Of a DNA stretch of 64,000 nucleotides, positions 43,340-54,513 are shown piece by piece. Numbering within the stretch: position 1 is the first letter of the stretch; every line of letters begins with the position of its first letter. This DNA comes from an uncultured bacterium (GTDB taxonomy: Bacteria > Pseudomonadota > Gammaproteobacteria > Burkholderiales > Burkholderiaceae_C). The stretch is taken from contig CBIHRS010000027.1 in the NCBI GenBank assembly GCA_966212505.1, positions 1-64,000 of the forward strand, written 5' to 3'. A program made the translations under genes and the position numbers. The notes beneath the pieces were generated by a model. That model worked only from the letters and a program-made list of their open reading frames with translations, ran no database searches and had not been told where the DNA came from.

Positions 43340-43939
43340 ATGTCGACCTTCCGCATCGCCGCGCTGGCGGCCACCACCACCCTGCTGGCCGGCTGCGCGG
43401 CCATGAACCGGGTCGACAGCGAGGTGATGTCCTTCGGCGAATGGCCGAGCGGCCGAACGCCGGGCACCTACACGATCGAGCGGCTGCCGTCCCAGCAGGC
43501 ACGCGGCCCGCAGCAGGAGTCGCTCGAAGGCGCCGCCCGATCGGCGCTGGAGCAGGCCGGCTTCAAGCCGGCGGCCGATGCCGCCAGCGCCGACGTGGTG
43601 GTGCAGCTGGGCGCCCGCATCACCCGCACCGATTTCTCGCCGTGGGACGACCCGTTCTGGTGGCGCTGGGGGCCGGGCTACTGGCGCCGCCCCGGCTGGC
43701 GCGCCGGCTGGGCCTGGCCGCCGCACTACGAATCGGTCTATGACCGCGAGGTGGGCGTGCTGATCCGCGATCGCAAGACGAGCGCGCCGCTGTACGAGGC
43801 GCGTGCCAGCAACGACAGCAACGTGATGGGCGACATGGCCACGCTGTCGGCGATGTTCCAGGCTGCGCTGAAGGACTTTCCCAATGCGGTGCCGGCGCCG
43901 CACCGCATCGCGGTGCAGCTCGACAGCGCCAAGCCGTAG
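43340..43939 (+). CDS. DUF4136-like lipoprotein
   Basis: Lipobox LLAGC. The Trp/Arg-rich motif (WRWGPGYWRRPGW) is typical of this family. Confidence 0.6.
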   Translation: MSTFRIAALAATTTLLAGCAAMNRVDSEVMSFGEWPSGRTPGTYTIERLPSQQARGPQQESLEGAARSALEQAGFKPAADAASADVVVQLGARITRTDFSPWDDPFWWRWGPGYWRRPGWRAGWAWPPHYESVYDREVGVLIRDRKTSAPLYEARASNDSNVMGDMATLSAMFQAALKDFPNAVPAPHRIAVQLDSAKP

Positions 43940-43945
43940 CGCGCG

Positions 43946-44852
43946 TCAGCGCCCCGCGTTCAGCGCCCGCACGTCGTCTTCCCAGCGCTTGAGCTTGACG
44001 TTGGCGTACTGCCGCTGCTTGGGCGACATCGTGTTGTGGATCTGCGCCGCGAAGGCGCAGTTGTAGTCCCACACCTTCTGCTGCTGCGGCCGGTAGGCCT
44101 CGCGCGGTGACACTTCCACATGTTTGGCCAGCGTGCGCAGCGCCGTCTGTGCCTGCACCATCAGCTGGTTGGCATCGGCGCCTGCGGCCCGCGCCGTCTG
44201 CAGCGCGCGCAGCTCCTGCAGCATCTCGCGCTGGATCGCCTCGCGCTCGGCCAGCCACAGCTCGGGGTCATAGGGCGACGCCGAAATCGCCTGCACGATG
44301 CGCTCGTGCTGCGCATCGTCGACCGAGCCGTAGACCATCTCGAACCGCTCTTCCGCCTTCTTCGCCTGCGCCTTGATGCGGTCTTCGGGGTGGCGCGGCA
44401 TGAACTCGTCGCGGAACTTGTCGTTGTTCTTCCTGAAGCGCTTTTCCATGTGCTTCAGCTGCTCGGGCGTCAGCGTGAGCGCCAGTTCGGCGAAGGATGG
44501 TACCGCCTGCTCGTAGGCCGCCTGCATGCGCGCCTTGACCTCGTGCGCCATGCCGCACATCTGCTGCGGCGACAGCGTGGGGTCGAGCACCTGCGTGCCG
44601 GCGCGGCGCAGCAACTCGGCATAGTCGGGCAGCGCCTGCGCCCGGTTCCAGCGCAGCCACTGGTCGATCAGCTGGCGGGCACGCGGCGACTGCTGGTCGT
44701 TGAAATCGACATAGCCGTCCATCCACCAGTACAGCAGCGTGGGCGCCTGGTTGTAGGTGATCTTCAGCGCAACGCTGCAGCCGGCGAGCAGCAGGATCAG
44801 GCCCAACACCAGCCCGCCGATAATCCGCCCGCGCAACAAGGATCTCTCTTCC

Positions 44853-44854
<2 letters not shown>
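43946..44854 (-). CDS. DUF6279-like lipoprotein (hypothetical)
   Basis: Lipobox LLLAGC after Met110 of the long ORF. Its start codon overlaps the glmU start on the opposite strand (shared CATG). Confidence 0.55.
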
Positions 44855-46226
<1,372 letters not shown>

Positions 46227-46232
46227 GCCGCT

Positions 46233-47030
46233 TCAGCCCGGCCGCTTCTCCAGCACGCTGGCCACCAGGCAGAGGTCTTCCCAGGCCTTGGCCTTGTCGG
46301 GCAGGTTGCGCAGCAGATAGGCGGGGTGATAGGTCACCACCAGCGGCACGCCTTCGTAGGTGTGCACCCGGCCCCGCAGCCGGCCGATCGGGTCGCTGCT
46401 GCGCAGCAGCGCCTGCACCGCGAAACGGCCCATCGCGAGGATCGCGCGCGGTTTCACCAGCGCGAGCTGCCGCTGCAAGAAAGGCTCGCACTTGACCATC
46501 TCGTCGGGCTCCGGGTTGCGGTTGCCCGGCGGACGGCACTTCAGCGTGTTGGCGATGAACACCTGGCGCGAGGGCTCGGCCTCTTCGCGCGTGAGGTTCA
46601 GCGAGCGCAGCATGCTGTCGAGCAGGTGGCCGGCCGGCCCGACGAAGGGTTCGCCCTTGCGGTCTTCCTGCTCGCCGGGCGCTTCGCCGACGACCATCAG
46701 GTGCGCCTGCTGGTTGCCGACACCGAACACCGTGTTGCGCCGGCCCTCGCAGAGGCGGCAGGCACGGCAGCCTGCCACCGCGTCGCGCAGCGCCGGCCAG
46801 TCCATCTCGGCAATGCCGGCGGCGCCGGCATGGGGCGTCCTCGCGGCCGGCTCGACGATGACCGGAGCCTCGGGGGCAGAGATCGGCGGGCGAGCAGCCG
46901 CTGGTGGCGGCACCGCCGGCGCATCTGACGTCGCTGCCGGCACGGCCGTGTCGGCAGGCGCCGCCTCCGGGGCCCACACGCGGAGTCCCATCTCGGCAAG
47001 CATCTGGCGCTGACGCTCAGTCCAGCCCAT
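46233..47030 (-). CDS. uracil-DNA glycosylase, family 4 (with N-terminal extension)
   Basis: Family-4 UDG motifs (ACRLCEGRRNTVFGVG, HLMVVGEAPGEQED, GEPFVGPAG). Proline-rich N-terminal extension of ~110 aa. Confidence 0.85.
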   Translation of the reverse strand: MGWTERQRQMLAEMGLRVWAPEAAPADTAVPAATSDAPAVPPPAAARPPISAPEAPVIVEPAARTPHAGAAGIAEMDWPALRDAVAGCRACRLCEGRRNTVFGVGNQQAHLMVVGEAPGEQEDRKGEPFVGPAGHLLDSMLRSLNLTREEAEPSRQVFIANTLKCRPPGNRNPEPDEMVKCEPFLQRQLALVKPRAILAMGRFAVQALLRSSDPIGRLRGRVHTYEGVPLVVTYHPAYLLRNLPDKAKAWEDLCLVASVLEKRPG

Positions 47031-47514
47031 GCGTCTCTTCCGATGCGATCGGCAGGCTCATCACGATCGCGTCCTCGCGCTTGCCGGCGGCCGCCGGGTA
47101 GTAACCGCGTCGCACGCCGACCTGCGTGAAGCCGTAACGCTCGTAGACCCGGCGCGCCCTCGCGTTGCTCTCGCGCACCTCGAGCCACAGCATGCGCGCC
47201 CCATGGGCCCGCGACTGGCGCACCAGCCGGTCGAGCAGCGTGAGCGAATGTCCGCGGCCCTGGCAGGCGGGCGCGACCGTGATGTTGAGCAGGTGCATCT
47301 CCTCGACGCCGGCCATCGCGACGTAGTAGCCGATCGGTGCGCCTGCGCCCTCGATCAGCACCTCAGCCAGATAGCCGGCCGCCAGCGAGTCGATGAAGTT
47401 GCCGCGCGTCCACGGGAACGGATAGGCGCTGTTCTCGATCGCGACGACCGCATCGAGCGACTGCACCATCATCGGCTCGAGCCGCAGGCCGGGCTGCATC
47501 AGCGCGGCGTTCAT
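47017..47514 (-). CDS. rimI: ribosomal-protein-alanine N-acetyltransferase
   Basis: GNAT acetyl-CoA binding motif (HLLNITVAPACQGRGHSLTLLDRL). Sits downstream of tsaB as in E. coli yeaZ-rimI. Confidence 0.85.
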   Translation of the reverse strand: MNAALMQPGLRLEPMMVQSLDAVVAIENSAYPFPWTRGNFIDSLAAGYLAEVLIEGAGAPIGYYVAMAGVEEMHLLNITVAPACQGRGHSLTLLDRLVRQSRAHGARMLWLEVRESNARARRVYERYGFTQVGVRRGYYPAAAGKREDAIVMSLPIASEETHGLD

Positions 47515-48230
47515 GCGCCCGCCTCCGGGCCGCGCTGCGCCATGCGCTCGGCGGTGGTGAGCGCCACCTTGTCGCGCAGGTAGAGCGGCATGGCCGCAGC
47601 GGCATCCTGCGCTTCGCCGCGCTGCCAGGACTGCTGCGCGATCTGCATCAACGCGCCGGCGCGGTCGCGCTCGTCGGGCACCAGCACCGCGGTGCCCACC
47701 AGCAGGCGGGCGCCGAACGCACTGATCGCGGAACCGGCGATGACGGCCGGCGGTGCGGCCTGCCAGGCGGCATGCAGCGCCTCCAGCTCATAGAGCGCGG
47801 GCGCCCGCAGCACCTGCCAGCCCTCATGCGCCGCCCAGCGATAGGCGCCGGCATAGACCTCGCCCATGCGGGCATCCATCGCAACCCAGATCTCGTGCGC
47901 CTCGGTCAGCTGGCGGCGCGCATCCTCGGCCACCAGCATCAGGCTGTCGAGTGCAAGCACCGGCTTGCCGGCGCCCAGTGCCAGGCCCTGCGCCACGGCA
48001 CACGCGGTGCGCAGGCCGGTGAAGGCCCCAGGGCCCCGTGCGAATGCGATGGCCCCCAGCGTCGCCAGCGTGCAGCCGCCCTGCGCGAGCAGCTGCAGCA
48101 CGGCCGGCACCAGCCGTGCCGACGACTGCTGCCCGCCTTCCTCATGCGCGGTGAACAGCCCCTGCGGCGACTGCAGCGCGAGCGCGAGACGCTCGGTGGA
48201 GCTGTCGAGGGCGAGCAGGCAGGCGGTCAT
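47511..48230 (-). CDS. tsaB: tRNA threonylcarbamoyladenosine biosynthesis protein TsaB
   Basis: YeaZ N-terminus (LLALDSSTERLALAL) and GPGAFTGLR. Start at Met37 of the ORF. Confidence 0.88.
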   Translation of the reverse strand: MTACLLALDSSTERLALALQSPQGLFTAHEEGGQQSSARLVPAVLQLLAQGGCTLATLGAIAFARGPGAFTGLRTACAVAQGLALGAGKPVLALDSLMLVAEDARRQLTEAHEIWVAMDARMGEVYAGAYRWAAHEGWQVLRAPALYELEALHAAWQAAPPAVIAGSAISAFGARLLVGTAVLVPDERDRAGALMQIAQQSWQRGEAQDAAAAMPLYLRDKVALTTAERMAQRGPEAGA

Positions 48231-48319
48231 TCGGGCAAGGGAAATACGGCGGGCAGACGGGCAACAACGCACACCCGTCACAGTGGAGCCGCACAGTGTA
48301 GCCGTGCGATCATTGCCGC

Positions 48320-49774
48320 ATGCCCTCCGGATTCGCATGCGCCGCCCGCCGCATCACGACAGGCGCCGCGTTGCTCGCCGGCCTGGGCTGCGGCATGGCA
48401 CAAGCCGCAGCGCTGCCGGCCGAGGTGCTGCAGGCCTTGCGCCGCGCCGATGTGCCGCCCCAGGCGATGGCCGTGATCGTGCAGGAGGTCGGTAGCACCA
48501 AGCCGCGGCTCGAAGAGCGGGCCCTGGCGCCGATGAACCCGGCATCGCTGTTCAAGCTGCTGACCACCTACGCCGCGCTCGACCTGCTCGGCCCCGCCTA
48601 CACCTGGCCGACACCCGTGTGGCTGCAGGGCCCCGTGCGCGACGGGGTGCTCGACGGCTCGCTGGTCATCAAGGGCAGCGGCGATCCCAAGCTGGTGCTG
48701 GAACGGGTATGGCTGCTGCTGCGGCGGGTGCGCCAGCTCGGCGTGCGCGAGATCCACGGCGACATCGTGCTCGACCGCAGCGCCTTCAGCGTGCCCGATG
48801 GCGCCCCCGGTGATTTCGACGGCGAGCCGCTGCGGCCCTACAACGTGCGGCCCGATGCGCTGCTGCTGAACTACAAGTCGGTGGTCTACACCTTCACGCC
48901 GGACCCGGCGCGCGGTGTGGCACTGGTCAGCGCCGAGCCGCCGCTGGCCGGCGTATCGGTCGACACCAGCGTGCCGCTGAACAGCCTGGCCTGCGACGAC
49001 TGGCGCGCCGCATTGAAGGCCACCTTCGCCGATCCGCGCGTGGTGCACTTCGCCGGCGGCTACCCGGCGAGCTGCGGCGAGCGGCAATGGCCGGTGGCGG
49101 CCACCGATCCGCAGGGCTACAACGCGCGGCTGATCGAGGCGCTGTGGCGCGAAGCCGGCGGCCGCCTCGATGGCAGCGTGCACGACGGCGCTGCACCGGC
49201 CGATGCGCCGCCGAGCTTCGTGGTCAATTCCCCGCCGCTGGCCGATGTGGTGCGCGACATCAACAAGTTCAGCAACAACGTGATGGCGCAGCAGCTGTTC
49301 CTCACGCTGGGCGCCCTGCAAAAAGGCACCGGCACACCCGAGACCGGCCGCCAGGTGCTGCGGCAGTGGCTGGCCGACCGCTTCGGCGAAACCGCTGCGG
49401 CGGGCGCGACGATCGACAACGGCTCCGGCCTGTCGCGCGACACCCGGCTCACGCCGCAACTGCTGGCGCAACTGCTGCAGTCGGCCTACGCCAGCCCGGT
49501 GATGCCGGAACTGATGAGCTCGTTGCCGGTGATCGGGCAGGACGGAACCTTGAAGCGCTCACGCGCTCCCATCGGCCGCGGCCACCTCAAGACCGGCTCG
49601 CTGCGCGATGTCGCCGGGGTGGCAGGTTATGTGCTCGCCAACAGCGGCAAGCGCTACGTGCTGGTCGCGCTGATCAACCACCCTCATGCGCAGGCAGCGC
49701 GTCCGGCCCTGGATGCGCTGCTGCAATGGACCTACGACGACACCGTGACCCGAGACCGATGCTGTACGCCCTGA
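48320..49774 (+). CDS. dacB: D-alanyl-D-alanine carboxypeptidase/endopeptidase, PBP4 family
   Basis: Signal peptide. S13 peptidase motifs (PASLFKLLTT, SNN) plus a C-terminal KTG. Confidence 0.88.
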   Translation: MPSGFACAARRITTGAALLAGLGCGMAQAAALPAEVLQALRRADVPPQAMAVIVQEVGSTKPRLEERALAPMNPASLFKLLTTYAALDLLGPAYTWPTPVWLQGPVRDGVLDGSLVIKGSGDPKLVLERVWLLLRRVRQLGVREIHGDIVLDRSAFSVPDGAPGDFDGEPLRPYNVRPDALLLNYKSVVYTFTPDPARGVALVSAEPPLAGVSVDTSVPLNSLACDDWRAALKATFADPRVVHFAGGYPASCGERQWPVAATDPQGYNARLIEALWREAGGRLDGSVHDGAAPADAPPSFVVNSPPLADVVRDINKFSNNVMAQQLFLTLGALQKGTGTPETGRQVLRQWLADRFGETAAAGATIDNGSGLSRDTRLTPQLLAQLLQSAYASPVMPELMSSLPVIGQDGTLKRSRAPIGRGHLKTGSLRDVAGVAGYVLANSGKRYVLVALINHPHAQAARPALDALLQWTYDDTVTRDRCCTP

Positions 49775-50049
49775 CCACGACCGACTGGCTCGGTTACCTC
49801 GCCGCTTCGCTGACCACCACGGCCTTCGTGCCGCAGGCCTGGCTGACCTTCCGCACGCGCGATGTCAGCGGCATCTCGCTGACGATGTACGCCAGCTTCA
49901 CCTTCGGCGTCGCGTTGTGGCTGGCCTACGGCGTGGTGCTCGGCGAATGGCCGATCATCATCGCCAACGCGATCACGCTGGCGCTGGCCTTCAGCATCCT
50001 GGTGATGAAGCTGATGGCGCAGCGCCGCCTGGGTGATCAGAAGGTGTAG
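49759..50049 (+). CDS. SemiSWEET/PQ-loop-like small 3-TM membrane protein
   Basis: 96 aa, three hydrophobic helices, PQ motif (FVPQAWLTF). 16-bp overlap with the dacB end. Confidence 0.5.
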   Translation: MLYALTTTDWLGYLAASLTTTAFVPQAWLTFRTRDVSGISLTMYASFTFGVALWLAYGVVLGEWPIIIANAITLALAFSILVMKLMAQRRLGDQKV

Positions 50050-50717
50050 CCGACGCAGAGCGTGTAAGCCACCGGGCGGAAGTTGATGCGCGTCGTCCGC
50101 ACGATGTCGCCGCTGCTGGTGCTCGTCGTTGCGGTGAGGTCGCTCTTCACGTCGGCATAGGCGATGGTGCCCACGAGCGACCAGTGGTCGGCGATCTTGT
50201 AGCTCGCCCCGCCGTGCACCGCCAGGCCGAGCGAGTTGCTGAGGTCGATGCGGGTCGGGCCGCCGCTGGCCGCATTGCCCGACGCCGTGCTGTGTGCAGC
50301 GGTGAAGTGCGTGAAGTTCAAACCGGCACCCACGAACGGCTCGAGCTTGCCGAAGCTGCGGAAATGGTAGTTGGCGAACACGGTCGGCGCGACCTGCTTC
50401 ACCGACGAGACCTGACCGAACGGTGTGATGAACCCGTCGCCGAAGGTCTTGTGCTTCGGCGGAACGCCGAGCGCAGCCTCCAGGCTCCAGGGGCCGTCGA
50501 AGCGATACACGTAGCCCGCGCCGACGGTGGTGGCATCACCCACCTTGATCTTGGCGCCGGGCGCGGGCACGGCCGGCCCGCCTTGCAGCGCATCGGCCTG
50601 GCTGTGCACATCGATGTACATCCCGCCGAAGTAGACGCTGTGCGTGCCAGCGAAGGCCGAGCCGGCTGCCAGCGAAAGCGCGGCTGCGCCGAGGATGAGG
50701 GAAGCTTTGATCTGCAT
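50037..50717 (-). CDS. ompW: OmpW-family outer-membrane protein
   Basis: Start at the internal Met (MQIKASLILGAAALSLAAGSAFA signal peptide). OmpW beta-barrel pattern with C-terminal YTF. Confidence 0.85.
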   Translation of the reverse strand: MQIKASLILGAAALSLAAGSAFAGTHSVYFGGMYIDVHSQADALQGGPAVPAPGAKIKVGDATTVGAGYVYRFDGPWSLEAALGVPPKHKTFGDGFITPFGQVSSVKQVAPTVFANYHFRSFGKLEPFVGAGLNFTHFTAAHSTASGNAASGGPTRIDLSNSLGLAVHGGASYKIADHWSLVGTIAYADVKSDLTATTSTSSGDIVRTTRINFRPVAYTLCVGYTF

Positions 50718-50745
50718 TGTCGTGATACTCCTTCGTCGCCTCGGC

Positions 50746-52155
50746 TTACAGCCCGGATGCCAGCACCTGCTGGAAGAAGCCGCGCTCCAGCGCGGTGCAG
50801 AACGGCGGCACCAGCGTGCCGTGGTAGGCACCGCGCACCGCGGCGACACCGCCATCGGTGGCGCCCGCCGTGACGGCCGCCGTGGCGGTCTGCGCCTTGG
50901 CTTGGGCAAAGCCGGCATAGACCGGATAGGTCGGATCGGTGATGGCGGGCGGGCTCTCGAGGTCCCATGCCGGCACCGTCACGCCCTGGGCGGCGAAGAC
51001 CGCCTGTGCCACCGGCCCGTTGACGGCCCAGAACACCGTCGGATCCTGCGCGCCACCGCACAGTGCGACCGGCCGCTTGGGCTTCCAGCCGATGGTCGTG
51101 CTGCCGTCGGCACCCGCCAGCGTGTTGGTCACGATCGCCTTGCGGAAGTTCGAGGTGGCATAGCTCGTCTTGAAGCTGTCGAGCAGCAGGCCGCCGGTGC
51201 CGAACAGCGCGGTGAAGGTGGGATCGGCCGGCAGCTTGCCTTGTGCGACGAGCGTCGCCACCGGCGTGTCGGTGGGGAACAGGGTCTCGATGCCCACGTC
51301 GAACGGCGACTGGTAGACGTCAGAGGTCTTGGCGTAGAGGTTGCCGTACGACTTCTGATAGCTCGTGAGCATCATGGGCAGGAAAACCGTCGATCCGGCA
51401 GCGACGGGGCCCGTGGTCGTGATCACGTCGGCGAAGCCGATGAGGTTGTAGGGCCCGGACATCGGACCTGCCGCCGTCACGGTGAACTCCGAGCTGTAGT
51501 CGCGCTCGATCGCCCGGTGGGTGGCCATGGCCACATGTCCGCCCTGCGAGTAGCCGGAGACGAAGAGCTTGTCCGAAGGCTTGACCGAACTCGCCGCATT
51601 CAGATGGGCCTTGGCAGCCCGCAGGCCATCGACCATGTCGACGGCCGAGGCCTCGGCGTTCAGGTAGGGGTGGTAGGCGAGGGACGACTTGTCGTAGCCC
51701 AGGAAGTTCGGCGCCACGACGATGAAGCCTTGCGCGGCATACATCGCCATCAACAGCGAAGCCTCGCTGTCGTTGACCACATCGGCCATGTTCTTCGACT
51801 TGGCGGTGGTCGTGCCGTGCGCATACAGCAGCACCGGACGAGAGCCCGTGCAGGCGGGGTCGGTGCCGCTGGGCACGAGCACGCCTTCGGATGCCGTCGC
51901 CACTTCGCCGCGTGGGTCCCTCGTGATGTAGAGCACGTAGCGGATGTCCACGTTGCACTTGGCCGTACCCGTCAGCGCCTGGATGCCCGAAGACAAGGTG
52001 CCGGCGTCGATCTGCGCGGTCGTGGCCTGTCCGGCCAGCTGTGCCGTGACGATGGTGGCGCGTGCCGGCGGCGGGTTGTCGTCGCCGCCACCGCCGCAAC
52101 CGACGAGCGCGGCCGCTGCCGCGAGTGCCAGCGCCCCAGAACGGATGTACTTCAT
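50746..52155 (-). CDS. secreted alpha/beta-hydrolase lipase/esterase lipoprotein
   Basis: Lipobox LVGCGGG. Nucleophile elbow GYSQGG. Secretory-lipase-like family. Confidence 0.7.
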   Translation of the reverse strand: MKYIRSGALALAAAAALVGCGGGGDDNPPPARATIVTAQLAGQATTAQIDAGTLSSGIQALTGTAKCNVDIRYVLYITRDPRGEVATASEGVLVPSGTDPACTGSRPVLLYAHGTTTAKSKNMADVVNDSEASLLMAMYAAQGFIVVAPNFLGYDKSSLAYHPYLNAEASAVDMVDGLRAAKAHLNAASSVKPSDKLFVSGYSQGGHVAMATHRAIERDYSSEFTVTAAGPMSGPYNLIGFADVITTTGPVAAGSTVFLPMMLTSYQKSYGNLYAKTSDVYQSPFDVGIETLFPTDTPVATLVAQGKLPADPTFTALFGTGGLLLDSFKTSYATSNFRKAIVTNTLAGADGSTTIGWKPKRPVALCGGAQDPTVFWAVNGPVAQAVFAAQGVTVPAWDLESPPAITDPTYPVYAGFAQAKAQTATAAVTAGATDGGVAAVRGAYHGTLVPPFCTALERGFFQQVLASGL

Positions 52156-52303
52156 GCAGTCCCCTCTTGATCCACAAACCAGTGTCGTTACGAAATCGAA
52201 CGAACGTGCGATTTTTCGTCGGACGACTATACGAGGGGGTCTGCGAGGGTCCTCAGCGGGGAAACCCGATTTAGGTCCGCACCCCTAGAAGGGGGCGAGG
52301 AAA

Positions 52304-52338
52304 CAAAAAACCGGCGCCGCCCCTGGGGACGACGCCGG
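52304..52338 (-). terminator. rho-independent terminator of the SGNH hydrolase gene
   Basis: On the minus strand: CCGGCG...CGCCGG GC-rich hairpin followed by TTTTTTGTTT. Confidence 0.7.
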
Positions 52339-52362
52339 CTTGCGGCGGAGCGACCTTGAAGG

Positions 52363-53457
52363 TCAGAAGGGATTGCCGTCGGCGCGCGAGACGGCAATCG
52401 ATCCGAGCTGGGCCTGGCCGTGGGCGCTCAGCATCAGGTTGCCGGCCCAGAGGTAATAGGAAGGCGTGGCTGCGGTCGCGCTGGCGCTCGTGAGATCCAC
52501 GAGGCGGGCGCCATTGTTGTCGACGTCCTTCACCAGCTTGCTTAGAACGGTGGTGCTCACATCGGTTTTGCAGTCTTGCAGCAGCGACAGGTCATCGCGA
52601 CCGGTGGTGCTGTTGTAGGCATCCAGGCAGACCGGCTGGTTAACGTTGAGGAGCCCGTAGTAGGTCGGCAGTTCCACCATGCGCTGAACCTCGAGGTCGG
52701 CGCTGACGAGACCGACGAGGTGGCCGTCGTTGATGAGGTTGGTGCGCAGGCCCTTGTTGAAGGCATCGGTCAGGCGGGTCAGTAAGGCGGCACGGCCCGT
52801 GCCCACGTTCTTTTCCTGCAGACGGGCATAGGGCGTGAGGCCCAGGTCCGGCACGGTGGCCACGATGACCGCCGGGCCTTGCATCGCCAGGTTGTTGACC
52901 TTGGCCGCCAGTTGCTTGCCCTTTTCGGTGAGGGCCGACACGAGATCGGCCTCGGCCGCGCTCGGGTACTGGTCATAGGCCGCGAGCACGTCATTCATGC
53001 CGACCATCACTGTCACCAGATCCTTGTCGGTGAAGGTGCCAAGCCCGCCGAGCGAAGTGGCGATCTGCGCGTCGAGATCAGTGGACTTTGCGCCGGCCGC
53101 AGCATAGATGTGACCAGCCGGCGTGGTCGAGGTGCCGGGGCACTTGTCGTACGCCATGCCGTAGTGGCTGGCGACCATCTGGATCCACAGCGGATTGCTG
53201 GTGCAGTCAATGTGCTCCGGGACGGCCGGAGTGGTGGTGGCGTCGGCGGGCGCGAAGTAGTTCACCGAATACTTGGTGCCGTTGATCGTGCCGTTGGGGT
53301 TGATGACGTTCATCTCGTCGCCGAACGACAGGATGCGGTTGGGGCTGAACGGCTCGATCTCGGTGCCGCCGCCGCAACCGGCGAGCGCCAACGTCAGCAG
53401 GCCGGCGGCCAGTCCGAGGCGGCGCACCCAGCCCGCTTTGATCGCAGTGAACTTCAT
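52363..53457 (-). CDS. SGNH/GDSL-family lipolytic lipoprotein
   Basis: Lipobox LALAGCGG. Block I SFGDEMN (a GDS motif variant). Start at Met7 of the ORF. Confidence 0.7.
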   Translation of the reverse strand: MKFTAIKAGWVRRLGLAAGLLTLALAGCGGGTEIEPFSPNRILSFGDEMNVINPNGTINGTKYSVNYFAPADATTTPAVPEHIDCTSNPLWIQMVASHYGMAYDKCPGTSTTPAGHIYAAAGAKSTDLDAQIATSLGGLGTFTDKDLVTVMVGMNDVLAAYDQYPSAAEADLVSALTEKGKQLAAKVNNLAMQGPAVIVATVPDLGLTPYARLQEKNVGTGRAALLTRLTDAFNKGLRTNLINDGHLVGLVSADLEVQRMVELPTYYGLLNVNQPVCLDAYNSTTGRDDLSLLQDCKTDVSTTVLSKLVKDVDNNGARLVDLTSASATAATPSYYLWAGNLMLSAHGQAQLGSIAVSRADGNPF

Positions 53458-53515
53458 CGAATCTCCAGGTCGCAAATCGTCGTCAAAGAGGAAAAGGGGC
53501 AGGCGCGCTGGCCGG

Positions 53516-54508
53516 TCAAGCGGCGGCCGCGCGCTGCAGCCGGTCGCGCACCCCTTCCCATTCGGGGGTGGCGGGCGGATGCTCCACCCAGATCAGCCGC
53601 GCGCCGTGCGTATCGAGATCGCGCAGCACCGAAAAGAGTTCCTGCGCCGCCGCCGCCGCATCGCCCGGCATGTGCCGGTGCAGCACGGCCGGCGGCCAGG
53701 CCGGCGATCGGGCGCTGCGGGAATATACCGCCAGCCCCATCTCGCCCGCGTCGGCGGGCAGCATGCCCATCGCCTGCTGCAGCATCGCACTGTCCATCAG
53801 CCGAACCTTGGCGTGCGGGGCATAGTGCGCCTCCAGCGTGCCCGAGGCCCGCGGCGCCGCCGCATCGCGGTCTTTCAGCGGCATGCCGGCGGCCGCCTCG
53901 ATCTGCGCACGTGTCAGGACGCCCGGGCGCAGCAGCACCGGCTCGGCCCGCGTGCAATCGATGATGGTCGACTCGATGCCGACGCCGCAGGGGCCCCCAT
54001 CGAGCACGGTCAGCGCATCGCCGAACTCGTCGCGTACATGGGCGGCCGTCGTCGGGCTGACCCGGCCGAAGCGGTTGGCACTCGGCGCCGCCACACCGGC
54101 GACGCCGTGGCGCGCGGCGGCGACCAGCAGCGCATGGGCCACCGGGTGTGCGGGGCAACGCAGCCCGACGCTGTCCTGCCCTCCGGCGGCGGCACGCGCG
54201 ATCTCGGGACGCCGCGGCACGATGATGGTCAACGGCCCGGGCCAGAAGGCCGCCATCAGCCGCTGCGCGAGCGGCGACAGCTCGGCCGCGAACCGCGCCG
54301 CTGCCGTGGCATCGGGCACATGGACGATCAGCGGATGGTCGCTGGGCCGCCCCTTGGCCTCGAAGATGCGCGCCACCGCGGCATCGTCGTCGGCGCGGGC
54401 CCCCAGGCCGTAGACCGTCTCGGTCGGCAGGGCCACCAGTTCGCCGGCGGCGAGCCGCTCAGCCGCCGCCTCGACATGAGCAGCATCGTCTCCGGACAGC
54501 ACAGGCAT
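53516..54508 (-). CDS. tsaC: L-threonylcarbamoyladenylate synthase (Sua5/YrdC/TsaC family with Sua5 C-terminal domain)
   Basis: YrdC motifs (LVALPTETVYGLGA, KGRPSDHPLIVHV) plus an extra C-terminal domain, giving 330 aa. Confidence 0.88.
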   Translation of the reverse strand: MPVLSGDDAAHVEAAAERLAAGELVALPTETVYGLGARADDDAAVARIFEAKGRPSDHPLIVHVPDATAAARFAAELSPLAQRLMAAFWPGPLTIIVPRRPEIARAAAGGQDSVGLRCPAHPVAHALLVAAARHGVAGVAAPSANRFGRVSPTTAAHVRDEFGDALTVLDGGPCGVGIESTIIDCTRAEPVLLRPGVLTRAQIEAAAGMPLKDRDAAAPRASGTLEAHYAPHAKVRLMDSAMLQQAMGMLPADAGEMGLAVYSRSARSPAWPPAVLHRHMPGDAAAAAQELFSVLRDLDTHGARLIWVEHPPATPEWEGVRDRLQRAAAA

Positions 54509-54513
54509 GGCGC

